NCBI GenBank assembly: GCA_001600695.1
Contig: BCKQ01000017.1
Span: 237,295-301,294, forward strand
Direction of reading: 5' to 3'
DNA: 64,000 nt
DNA from: Ascoidea asiatica JCM 7603
Lineage: Eukaryota; Fungi; Ascomycota
Below, one piece after another: positions 11,236-22,159 of the stretch. The notes beneath the pieces are model-generated. The model saw only the letters and a program-made list of their open reading frames with translations, searched no databases and had not been told where the DNA came from. A program made the position numbers and the translations under genes. Position 1 is the stretch's first letter; every line of letters starts with the position of its first letter.

Positions 11236-13497
11236 TTACATTATAACACAATCTTTTTCTTTTTCTGATTTAGGAACCTTTCCACCTAATTTTGTAATAG
11301 CTCTTGGATCACCATTTTTTGCAGCTTTTTCAATCCAACTTTTACTTTCAGCTAAATTCATTGTACATCCAAGTCCCTTTTCATAAAAATGACCAACAGC
11401 AAATTGAGCTTTTGGTAATCCACCAGTTGCAGCTCTTAAAGCCCAAGCAAATGCTTCATCATTATTTTTTGGTAAAAATGGTTCTGCACCAATTAAATAC
11501 CAAGCACACATACTTAACATTGATTCTAAATCTCCACCTAAAGCAGCTTGAGTATAATAATGAATTGATAAATTTGGATCTGAGGGTATACCAATATCAG
11601 TACCAAATTCATATAATTTACCTAATTTAGCAGCAGAAGGTATATGACCTAAAGCAGCAGCTTGAGAATATAATTCATAAGCATATCTTCTATCAGGAAT
11701 AACAATATCTAAAAAACCAGATTCATAAATTTTAGCTAATTCATATGGAGCAGCTGCAGTTAATTCAGTTGCTTTATTTGCAGCTAAAGTTAACCATTTA
11801 ATACCCATTTTTTTAGTATTGATATTATTACTTAAGCCCATTCTAGTATAAAAAGAATATATACCTAATTTTAACATTGCAGAAGGATGATTTTTAGCAG
11901 CGGCAGCATTTAAAAATTTAACAGCTTTTCTTGCATCTCTTGAAGTACCTAAACCTTCTTCATAACAATAAGCAACTCTATAAGCAGATTCTGAATGACC
12001 ATGTTTTGCAGCAGCTAAAAATAAAGTAAAAGCTTTATTATTATCAGGTTTACCAAGAGCTCCTGAAGAATAAGCATCAGCTAATAAATATTGAGCTTCA
12101 GTATAACCTTTATCGGATAAACGTTTTAAATAATGTACAGCTTCTTTTAATAATCTTTCTCTATCCAGAATTAAAGAATGAGAATTATTTTGAACGGAAA
12201 GATTTAAGTTTGAGTTTGAATTTGAATTTGAAATTGAATTTGAGTTTAAATTATTTATATTATTAACAGATAAATTTTTTGAATGAGAAAAATTATTATT
12301 AATTTTTGAATTATTATTTATATCATTAATTGGTAAAGATTGATTTGAAACATTATTAGTTGGAATACGACTTAAATCTACAAAAGAAGGAGATTGACTA
12401 ACATTATTTGAATTTGAAATTTGATTTAAATTTTGATTTAAATTTTGATTAGTATTTGGATCAATCATTAAAGCTGTTTGTAAAAGATATTGAGCAAATT
12501 GAAATAAAACAGAAGGATCATTTGATTTTTTTGCATTTTTTCTATATAATTCAATTGTTTTAATTCTTGGTAATAAAGAAGCATTATCACCAACTAATTG
12601 ATTATAAACAGAATGAGAATATTCAGAAACTCCACCAGCATTAAATAAAGTAAAAGGAGGAGAATCAGATCTATTATTTAAATCAACAGATTTTGAACGT
12701 CTTGAATAAATACTTGGAGTTTGTAAATTATTTTTATTATTATTATTATTATTAAAATTAGTATTTAAAGTTAAATTTGGATTACTATTTGAGATATTAT
12801 TGTTTGGATTATTATTAATTGAAATATTATTAATAGAATTATTATTGTTAGGATTATTTGGAGAAAATAATATTTGAGGTTGAGGTTCATTTTGTAGATC
12901 ATAAAAGTCTTGATCATTATTTGAAGGTAAATTTGGTAAATTAATATTTTTTTGATTTAATGAAGGTAAAGAAGTAGATTGAAATTGAGATTGGGATATT
13001 GTATGAGATTGAGAAGAAGTTATTGATTGTGTTGGCAGATTAGATAAATTAATATTTAAAGGAGGAGGATTAGAAGGAGAATTTAAATTTGAATTTGAAT
13101 TTGAATTTGAATTTGAAATTACATTATTTAAATTATCTTTTTGAAAAGTGAAAGCATCAGGAGTTTCAGGAGGATTATTAAGATTAAAAGATTGATTTGA
13201 AGCAGATAAAGGTTGAATATTATCATTTATATTATTTTGAATATTATTTTGAATATTATTTTGAATATTATCTTGAATGATTTGAATTTGAATTGGGGAA
13301 GTGGTTGTAGTATAAGTAGCAGCAGTAGAAGAAGTAGAAGTAGGAGCTGAAACTGGAGTTGAAAGTGGAGCTGGAACTGAAACTGAAAGTGGAGCTGGAA
13401 CTGGAGCTGGAGCTGGATCTACAGGAGGAGGATACATTTCTTGATTCAGTTGAATTTGATTTTGATTTGAAAGGTTCTGTCTATAAGGATGACCCAT
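11236..13497 (-). CDS. SKT5: Chitin synthase III activator Chs4/Skt5 (Sel1-like repeats, CAAX)
   Basis: IKTIELYRKNAKKSND, multiple SEL1 repeats (AYRVAYCYEEGLG, AQFAVGHFYEKGLG), C-terminal CVIM. Confidence 0.9.
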   Translation of the reverse strand: MGHPYRQNLSNQNQIQLNQEMYPPPVDPAPAPVPAPLSVSVPAPLSTPVSAPTSTSSTAATYTTTTSPIQIQIIQDNIQNNIQNNIQNNINDNIQPLSASNQSFNLNNPPETPDAFTFQKDNLNNVISNSNSNSNSNLNSPSNPPPLNINLSNLPTQSITSSQSHTISQSQFQSTSLPSLNQKNINLPNLPSNNDQDFYDLQNEPQPQILFSPNNPNNNNSINNISINNNPNNNISNSNPNLTLNTNFNNNNNNKNNLQTPSIYSRRSKSVDLNNRSDSPPFTLFNAGGVSEYSHSVYNQLVGDNASLLPRIKTIELYRKNAKKSNDPSVLFQFAQYLLQTALMIDPNTNQNLNQNLNQISNSNNVSQSPSFVDLSRIPTNNVSNQSLPINDINNNSKINNNFSHSKNLSVNNINNLNSNSISNSNSNSNLNLSVQNNSHSLILDRERLLKEAVHYLKRLSDKGYTEAQYLLADAYSSGALGKPDNNKAFTLFLAAAKHGHSESAYRVAYCYEEGLGTSRDARKAVKFLNAAAAKNHPSAMLKLGIYSFYTRMGLSNNINTKKMGIKWLTLAANKATELTAAAPYELAKIYESGFLDIVIPDRRYAYELYSQAAALGHIPSAAKLGKLYEFGTDIGIPSDPNLSIHYYTQAALGGDLESMLSMCAWYLIGAEPFLPKNNDEAFAWALRAATGGLPKAQFAVGHFYEKGLGCTMNLAESKSWIEKAAKNGDPRAITKLGGKVPKSEKEKDCVIM

Positions 13498-13577
13498 TTT
13501 GAATGAAATTGTAAGATGAATTTAATGGAATATTATGATATACAGTATATATTACTATATTATATTATATTGGGTAT

Positions 13578-13579
<2 letters not shown>

Positions 13580-13615
<36 letters not shown>
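13580..13615. repeat. (TA)n microsatellite upstream of the SKT5 start
   Basis: Seen directly, ~18 units. Confidence 0.95.
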
Positions 13616-13617
<2 letters not shown>

Positions 13618-13976
13618 AAATAAACTAAAATGTAATAGAGTGAAAATGAAAATAATAAAGAAAAGTGTATGTAGGTTACAAAAATAATAGTAGTATAATA
13701 GGAATAATATATAAGAATAAGATGAAATAAGATGAAATAAATTTGAATAAAAAATTAGGTATATTTCATTTATGATTCTTAAATATTTATGGACTTAAAT
13801 GAAATTTAAGTATGTTTGAAATTTGACAAATGGGTGAAATATTTATATTTATATGAATTTGAAAGAATTTGAAAGAATTTGACAAAGATTCTGAGTGTGA
13901 ATAATAAGAATAAGAATAATAATAATTATGATTAATAAATGCTATGATAATCTTTATAAGTAAGTATTATTGAATC

Positions 13977-14011
<35 letters not shown>
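13977..14011. repeat. (AGT)n microsatellite
   Basis: Seen directly, ~11 units. Confidence 0.95.
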
Positions 14012-14074
14012 CTAATATCAGCATTAATATATATTTTTATGTTTATATTTACCTTATTATTATTAGTGGTGGTG

Positions 14075-14410
14075 TTTTCTGCCTGCATTGTCACTTTGCC
14101 TGGGCCCAACACGCTGCTACACCGGGCTAGAGCCACTCCCTCACACCTTGCGGGCCACCCGCGCCCAGCCCGAGTTCAGAGTCCCTGCACCGCCACAGGC
14201 ACTCTTCTGCGGGTTTTCTGGTACACGAGTCCCCTGGGGCACTAAATAAGGGCTAGCCACGGGGCGCACACCCACTTTACGGGCACTTTCTGGGCAACTT
14301 TTGATCAGATTCGGGGCGCATTTTGCACTTTACGACCTCTTCCACGGTATTTCGTGCTCGCAGCGCAGTACCATTCTTTTGGTACTGCGCAGCCCTTCAA
14401 TTTGGAGGCT
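14075..14410. promoter_or_regulatory. GC-rich upstream island of SKT5 with AGCCAC (Crz1-like) sites and an 11-bp inverted repeat
   Basis: 41/60 GC at 14101-14160; AGCCAC at 14131 and 14255; GCGCAGTACCA-N6-TGGTACTGCGC at 14363-14390. Confidence 0.55.
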
Positions 14411-14594
14411 TTTGCCTTTTTTCAAGATTGTTTTAAGAGTCCATTCTTTGGTAGAAATATAGAAATACTGTTGTTCTGATTGTTGTATTTATGGAAATTA
14501 CGCTAATGGCTTTGAAGCATTCTAAAAGTAGCTTTAACTTTCAGTTGGTTCTAAAAAGTAATTAGCTCTGAACTTTAGTTTTGGTAATAAAATA

Positions 14595-16253
14595 TTATCT
14601 TCTTCTTGGTCCATCTTTGAGTCTTTCTTCTCTTAGTTCTCCGGTTCTATCTAACATTGGCCATTTACCCCATCCACTTAATTTTATAACTAAACATGTA
14701 GCATTATCATCTCCTCCAACAGCTTCAACAAATTTTACAACTTCTTCTGCACAATTTTGTGGTGTACCTCTTTTATTACCTCTATTGCCTGTACTCATAA
14801 CTAGATCTGTAATTTCTTGATCACTACAATAATTTGTAACTCCATCTGAACATAAAATTAAAAAACTTTCATCTCCACCAATTCTTCCAATACTTTGATT
14901 TAAAATTTCATCTCCTTCAATTTTAATTTTTTCTTCAATTAATTTAGAATCTCCAATAATAAATGTTAAAATATCTGGTTCTGCGGAAATTCCTTTTCTT
15001 TTTGCAGAAAAATCTCCAAATGATCTTGTATTTGCATAATTTAAAAATCTTTCTTCTCCAAATGAATCTGTGAAAAAACTTGAGGAGAATGTACTTAATC
15101 TTGTTGCTTCAACTGGTGATGATGGATGATGATTTGATGTTAATGGTCTTGCTGTACCATATTTATCACATATTATTGCTTTCGTATCTCCAATATGTGA
15201 AATGATTAATTTATTTAATGTATTTTCTTCAAAATATATTTTACTATCATTTTTATCTAAATTATAAATAAATACTGATGTTGATGTTGATCCACTAAAT
15301 TTTAGATTCATTTCATTTAAATTATTATTATCATTATTATTGCTATTATTTAATTCATTTTTAGATTCTTTAAATAATTTTAAATCTAATAATAAAAATA
15401 CAAATGTTAATCTTAAATATAAATCATCTAATTGATATAAATTTTTTTCAAATAATTTTTTATAATAATTATCAATTTTTTTATAAAATCTTTTCCAATA
15501 TCCTCCACCAATTTCATTAATATATTCTTTTAAGATATTTTCTTTAAAAAAATTTAAATTTAAATTTTTATAATCAAAATTTTCTATTTCTTTTGCTAAA
15601 TTCTTTGATAAATAATTTGAAGTTTCAGAACCTCCATGTCCATCAAATATATTAAAATTAAATACTCTTAATTGATTAAAATTTAAATTTTCATTATTAT
15701 TACCATTTTCATCTCTTAATAATTCTTTTAATAAATTATTTTGATCATTTAAATGTTCTTTTAAATTTGGATTAAAATTATTTAATGGTAAATGTAAAAC
15801 TGATGCACTTAATCTATCTTCATTAGAATTTCTATTAACTCTTGAAGTTGAATGTCCAAAATGTGATGGTGATTTTAATAATGGAATTTTCAATCTTGCT
15901 TTAAAATTTAATTTATTTTCACTATTATATAAAAATGAATTATTTGATTTTGTATTTAATATTGGAAAATAAACATATTCTGAAAAATTTCTTTTTATTA
16001 AAGATTTTAGTCTTTTATTTAAATTTATATTTACATTTGAATTTCCATTTCCATTTCCATTTCCATTTCCATTTCTAATTATTTTTCGACTTTCAATGAA
16101 ATTTATATTTGAATTTGAGTTTGATGAAGAGTATAGACGAAAAAAAGAATATATAAATAAATGAGAATTTATTGTTTTGAGGGATAATATAGTCAGTACA
16201 TTTGAATTTATTGATGATTTTCTTATACTTGAATTCACCAAGGATAAAGACAT
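14595..16253 (-). CDS. PTC6: Mitochondrial PP2C phosphatase Ptc6/Aup1
   Basis: IPLLKSPSHFGHSTSRVNR..NED, FDGHGG, HIGDT, ANTRSFGD, ILCSDG, DDNAT, WGKWP; basic Ser-rich presequence-like N-terminus. Confidence 0.9.
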   Translation of the reverse strand: MSLSLVNSSIRKSSINSNVLTILSLKTINSHLFIYSFFRLYSSSNSNSNINFIESRKIIRNGNGNGNGNGNSNVNINLNKRLKSLIKRNFSEYVYFPILNTKSNNSFLYNSENKLNFKARLKIPLLKSPSHFGHSTSRVNRNSNEDRLSASVLHLPLNNFNPNLKEHLNDQNNLLKELLRDENGNNNENLNFNQLRVFNFNIFDGHGGSETSNYLSKNLAKEIENFDYKNLNLNFFKENILKEYINEIGGGYWKRFYKKIDNYYKKLFEKNLYQLDDLYLRLTFVFLLLDLKLFKESKNELNNSNNNDNNNLNEMNLKFSGSTSTSVFIYNLDKNDSKIYFEENTLNKLIISHIGDTKAIICDKYGTARPLTSNHHPSSPVEATRLSTFSSSFFTDSFGEERFLNYANTRSFGDFSAKRKGISAEPDILTFIIGDSKLIEEKIKIEGDEILNQSIGRIGGDESFLILCSDGVTNYCSDQEITDLVMSTGNRGNKRGTPQNCAEEVVKFVEAVGGDDNATCLVIKLSGWGKWPMLDRTGELREERLKDGPRRR

Positions 16254-16474
16254 TTATATGATAAATATTATATATATTTTCTTGATTTTTATTATTTATT
16301 AATATTAATATTACTATTATTACTATTACTCTTATTATTATGCTTGTTATTGATTTTCAGTTGTCTATATAAAGGAATGACATTAAATATATACAAAACT
16401 ATATGATTCGATTAATAAAGACAGAGAATATTCATTTGATATTATATTCTCAAGTATAAGATCTATTTTATTTG

Positions 16475-16513
16475 ATTGTATTGTATTGTATTGTATTGTA
16501 TTGTATTGTATTG
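16475..16513. repeat. (ATTGT)n pentanucleotide repeat
   Basis: Seen directly, ~8 units. Confidence 0.9.
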
Positions 16514-16950
16514 AAATTTAGTAATGTCAAATAAAATATAGAATACATTCTTCATAAACCACGATCAGATCTCGGTTTATTTTTCCAGATAGCAGAAATG
16601 GCTAATCGTGGATAATTATCGTAGATGGGGATGGGGATGATGGGGGTCCCGGTGGGACAAGCCCAGATTTATCCCGTTAGGAGTCCAGAGAAACAGGCAG
16701 CGGCGGTGCAGCAGTGGCGCAAGCAGGGCCTTTCCAAGCAAAAAGTCTCAGGAGGCCTGATTGGACAGACTTAGGAAAAGAGCCCCCAGGTATATGGTGT
16801 AATAGGTGCACGTGTATAGGTTTGGTTTAAAGAATTATCAGGACATAAAAGTAGGACATTATATTAGGCCAGAGAAACTGGCATTTAAATCTATGCTATA
16901 TTAACGTTATGTATTTAAAACTATTTTAAAGAGTTCAATTCTTGAGTAGT

Positions 16951-17793
16951 TTATTCTTCACTTTCAATATCTTTATTTGTTTCTTTCTCAAAACAAGGCA
17001 TCATTCTTCTTTTAATTGTAATGTAAGAGTTTTCTCTTGTGGCTAATTCTGAAAATGCAATAAACCAAGCAAGTAAGGAAATAAACACTCCAACAATTCC
17101 ACCAATTCTTGCAATTACTAATGAATGAGTAAATTTTGCAATTGCATTGATTAAAAATCCAAATCCTGAAACCCAAAGTAATGTACAAAAATAAATCGTA
17201 TCCTTTACTGTACAGATTGATATAATAAATGTGAAAATTGACCATGATAGATTAAAAATTCCAACTGCATTATCCCAATCTGTATTATTATAAGAGTCTA
17301 TCATACCAAACGATTTAGTATGAACTGCACCCCACGCCATCCAAAATCCACCAAATGATCCAAATGCTGTGCATCCAAAGGTATTTCCATTAATAAATTG
17401 AAATATACCTGCGACAAATTGAATAAATCCTCCATAAAAAAATGCAACTCCACATGCAACATTAACACTTTCAACTCCTAAAACTCGAGCTTGACATAAG
17501 GAAAAAATAAATGTTGTTAATGCAAATCCACAAAGTCCTAAAGGTCCAGCATTTGCAAATTTTCTTTCCTTATTCTCAGAATAATCATTGAGATTTCTTT
17601 TCATACTCCAATTAGGATTTCTTAATAAACTTAATGTCCTTAACAAATCCTCTTTGTCAACTTTTGTATTACCCACATATACATAACTATCAAATTTATT
17701 CTTCTCTTTTTCATAATCATTTTCTGTATTATAATTTTCTTCTTCACAATTATAATTTATCATCTTAATATCTTTTTCTGAAGTTTGAGACAT
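16951..17793 (-). CDS. GPR1/FUN34/YaaH (Ato/Ady2) acetate/carboxylate transporter family, paralogue A
   Basis: FANAGPLGLCGFALTTF, FYGGFIQFVAG, GNTFGCTAFGSFGGFW; about six hydrophobic segments. Confidence 0.92.
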   Translation of the reverse strand: MSQTSEKDIKMINYNCEEENYNTENDYEKEKNKFDSYVYVGNTKVDKEDLLRTLSLLRNPNWSMKRNLNDYSENKERKFANAGPLGLCGFALTTFIFSLCQARVLGVESVNVACGVAFFYGGFIQFVAGIFQFINGNTFGCTAFGSFGGFWMAWGAVHTKSFGMIDSYNNTDWDNAVGIFNLSWSIFTFIISICTVKDTIYFCTLLWVSGFGFLINAIAKFTHSLVIARIGGIVGVFISLLAWFIAFSELATRENSYITIKRRMMPCFEKETNKDIESEE

Positions 17794-18618
17794 TTTAAAA
17801 AGTAAACATATAGCTTTTTTTTTATTTCTTCATATATTCCTTTGGATTTGTAATTGAATATTACACTAACAATCAATTCAGTCAAAATAAATGGGAAAAA
17901 ACTATTCTAATTTATATGATTTTTTAATTATTTTGACAAAGTCATAAATAGTAATTAACTCAATTTTAGAAATCCAATAAGCTCATGTATGGTTATTAAT
18001 TCAACCTTAAAATATCTGATTTCATGAAATAAGTTGCATACCTCTGGCATTCATGTTTTAATTATTCTTCAATTGAATTGAAAGAATTTCCCTACTTTCC
18101 CATAAAAAATGAGATTGAAACTTTGTTAAAAACTTTTAAGATAACCTTGAATTATCAAAAAAATAAGATCTTTTATCAGCATCTTTGTTAAATTTTATTT
18201 ACTAATACCAAGAAATTTTTATTGACAAAAACAATTGCAAGGCATTATATCATTATATCATTATATCACTGTATTAAACCAGAATCAAATTTTAATATGT
18301 TTATACTAAGACTAAATTGATTTAATTTTTGATCCTGCTTTCGCCTTAATGAAACTGTTTTCCTCTTAAAAAAAAATGGTACAAACTAGAAATTTAGAAG
18401 TAAATAATTCAATTATTCCTTTCAAAATCAAAATTCTTAGTGAACCTAAAAAAGGAAAAATATTCTTTAAAAAAGGCCCTCCTTTGGCACCCCATATACA
18501 ATATCAAATTTCTTCACTGAATTTATATGAAAACTTTTAGGATATTTCATGTTGTTTGAATTTCAGTTGATACTAGAGTTATCTACTCACAAATAAAGCT
18601 GTTATTTAAATATATGGC

Positions 18619-18649
<31 letters not shown>

Positions 18650-19681
18650 TCACTTTTCATTTTAAAAAATTTTTGTCATTTCATTTTTAAATAATTTTCT
18701 TGAAAATTAATATTATTGAAAGAACCATTAGATTGAATATAATGTAAGTTTAACCTCTGTGGAGAAGTATGTATTAATAAGACCCTTTAAACACTTTAAA
18801 TACACTAAAGTCAACAATTCAATTTTTGAAGGGCCCTTTTTACATTATTCTTTAATTTGTTCATTATCTTGAATTAACAATGGACAAAGCTAAACAAATA
18901 AATATCATAAACGTTTTCTTTTATTGACCTTGAAAATTCTTGGCTCAAAATTCATTATGATATGTGATATATTTATACTGTATGATAAGTGCTAAATTCA
19001 ATTAAAAAAATACAAATAATGCTTGGAATTAAAAAGTGAAGAATGGGATGAAAAAAGAAGTCTGTATTTCTCTTAACAGCACTTTCAGCTTATTTTAACA
19101 GGAAAAAAACTGAGTCTCAAAATTGCCTAACGATTAATCATTGTTAAAATGAAGACATCAGTCAGATTGAAAGACTTCTATTTTTTATACAGTATGAATT
19201 ATTAACTTGAAGTGATTATGTCAGCATTCAGATAAACACCCAAAACTTTCTGCCTTTCCTGATAAACAGATTGTATGTGACTATTTCAATTGAATAATTG
19301 CAGTATTTTATCGTAAAATCAGAACTATTCGTTACTATTGTTTCAAGAAGAAATATGATTAATGAATAAATACAACCTATCTGAATTTCGAGCATATTTC
19401 TTGCAAGTTTGTGAAATATTTTCAAAAAGTAGAAAAAAAATGAAATTTTAAGAAAAAAAAAAATTATCAAACAGGGAAGAATTGAAAATAATAATCAAAA
19501 ATGCAAAATCTAAATGAACGCATCCAAATAAAGATAAGCTGGATCCAAAAAAATTATATAAGGATTAAAAGATTTAGTCAAAATGGTAGGTTTAAATTAT
19601 GCTTTAGGACAAACCGACAAAAAAAAATAGTAACGTTACATCATGTAAAAGAGATTATTCTCTCTAATAATAAAATCAGAT

Positions 19682-20563
19682 TTAATCTGCCTTATTTGCT
19701 GCTTCTATATCTTCTTCTTTCTTTCTAGCAAATTGAGGCATCATTAAAAGCTTTGGTACAACATATGCATTATCTTCATTTGCCATATTAACATAGGCAA
19801 TAAATAAAGCTAGTATTGAAGCTATTATACCTAAAATACCAGCAGCTTGTAAGCATTCAGGTGACTCTGCAAATTTTCCAATGCAATTCAAAGTGAATAA
19901 AGAAGTAAGAATTAATAGTAAAGATACAAAATATACATTTCCTTTAAGAGCTACAAGCATCATCATAAAAGAAAATATAGCAAAACTTAAGTTATAAAAC
20001 CCAATAGCATTTCGAAAATCAGCAGTATCAGAACCACCATAAGAATCAGATACATTGAAGGACTTAGTATTAATTACAGCCCATCCCATCCAAAATCCAC
20101 CATATGAAGCAAAAGTACAACAACCAATACCATCACCAACAACAAAGCATAAAACTCCTGCTATTAATTGTATAAATCCTCCATAAAAATAAGCTAAACC
20201 AAGAACAATGCTATCTTCGCTTATACCTTTTGCTTTAGCGCTACATAAAGAAAATAGAAAAGTTGTTATTGCAAAAGAACATAACCCTAAAGGAGCTGGA
20301 TTACCAAAGGTTTGCTTGTGAGATTCAACTGGTTTTGTTCCTGTCAATGTTTTCTCAATTGGAGCTGTGGATTTGAAATATGATTTTTTTTTAGATAAGC
20401 ATAAAGTATGCAATAAATCATCCTTATTGACTTTAGTTTTACCTACATAGACAAAGTTTTCATAATTTTCATGCTCGGAATCACTTTCAGCATCATTTTC
20501 TTCTTGTATATCATGTACAATATTAGAGAAATCTAACATGTTTTGTTTTGGATAAAAAGACAT
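19682..20563 (-). CDS. GPR1/FUN34/YaaH (Ato/Ady2) family transporter, paralogue B
   Basis: FGNPAPLGLCSFAITTF, FYGGFIQLIAG, SYGGFW; shares YVG.TKV.K.DLL.TL with paralogue A. Confidence 0.92.
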   Translation of the reverse strand: MSFYPKQNMLDFSNIVHDIQEENDAESDSEHENYENFVYVGKTKVNKDDLLHTLCLSKKKSYFKSTAPIEKTLTGTKPVESHKQTFGNPAPLGLCSFAITTFLFSLCSAKAKGISEDSIVLGLAYFYGGFIQLIAGVLCFVVGDGIGCCTFASYGGFWMGWAVINTKSFNVSDSYGGSDTADFRNAIGFYNLSFAIFSFMMMLVALKGNVYFVSLLLILTSLFTLNCIGKFAESPECLQAAGILGIIASILALFIAYVNMANEDNAYVVPKLLMMPQFARKKEEDIEAANKAD

Positions 20564-22159
20564 TATAAAAAGACAGGAAAAAAAATGAAAAAGATGAAAT
20601 TAAATTGAACAATCTTTTGTGTTTATCATAACTATTGTATTTAATGATTTGAGATAAATATAAATAAGAAAAATGATTATGAAGTGTTATGGAAATTTAT
20701 TAGTTTTATATGATAAAAAAGTATTTTGCTATTTTAATTGTAACTTTGAATTGATGGAGAACTCAAAATTCACTTCCTTTCTAATATGGAAAGGAATTTT
20801 ATATACCTGGGCACTACAAATTTATGCAGAAAAAAGTGTTCAGATTAATCTTTTATTTTTTGAAAAAAGATTTAAAGGTATAAACTGGATGAAAATTAAT
20901 TTTTTATTTATTGTCATTTATTACCATCAACCCTTAAGTTCCGGAGAATTGAATAAAAAAAGTATAACATGGAACAGATCTCTTGTAAAACAAAAACCAA
21001 AAATTGTATAAAGGTGCTTTTGTATTATCTGCATTCATTTTTTTTTGATGATTTATATTCAATAAAATGTACAAAAATCAAATTCCTGAGAACTACAAAA
21101 AAAGTCCTGCCATGGCAGACCTGATAGAAATTCTTCCGAGCCATTTTTTGAATAATTCATAGAATAAAAACTTTAATGGAAAATTTTCCCAGTGTAAATT
21201 ATTTTCAATGGTGAAAATCTAGTGTCTTGCCTGCTTAACCACTGATTTCAGTAACTTTGAGTAACTTTCGAAGGTGTTTATATGGTGAGTCTTCACGCCG
21301 GTGCACGGCTGCACGACAGCCAGGCCTGGCTACGCGTATGGCTGAGCTCATTACCAGCCAGCTAAATAGGGTCTCGGAGTTTTCCTGACAAAAAAACACC
21401 CTCTATAATAGGATTTCAGCCACAGAAACACTTTTTAGGAAGCAGTAATTTGAAAAAAAAAAACCTTCAAATCCGGAAGCCATTCCTTGAGAATTTGACA
21501 GTTTTATTTCCGTTATAAATGATTAATGCTTTGAAAGAAAATATCTTTATTTATTTTTAATTTTTTTCTTTTGTAGCCAATTAAAGCCTGAGATATGAAT
21601 TCGATATCGGTTCTTGTGCTTTGAGATTGAAATAGTAATATCTTCACTTAAATGTAATAATAATTTCTGCAATTCAACAAATCTCCTCTGAAATATTACG
21701 TTTGAAAGAATGCAAGATCTTATTAACGAGAAGCTTTTTAAAAAAGACAAAACTTATTTATTTTTACAGAGACCTCATGATGGAAACCACTTAAAATAAT
21801 TTAGTTGTTCAATCCAAAAAAGCTACAATAATATTATTTATTGATTCAAGAAGCAGAGTATTCAACCAATTTGTTTTTTATTGTCACCCCATGTTACTTC
21901 ATTATTGGGATCATTATTAAGTGTTTCTTTCTTTAGCAACTATTGGTTTCCGTACCATAAAGGTAATTTGAGGTTTGAGTATTAAATTGCTGAAAAATTA
22001 TGTATTATTATCGTTTAATATTTGAATCAAAAGTTTGTTTATACAATCTTTTTTGCAATAAATTATCTTAAAGAAAGGACTATCATATGGAACCAATAAA
22101 GTATAAACCTCATCTGTAATGAAATAAATATGTGAATATGGTTATCAGTTAAACTAATT

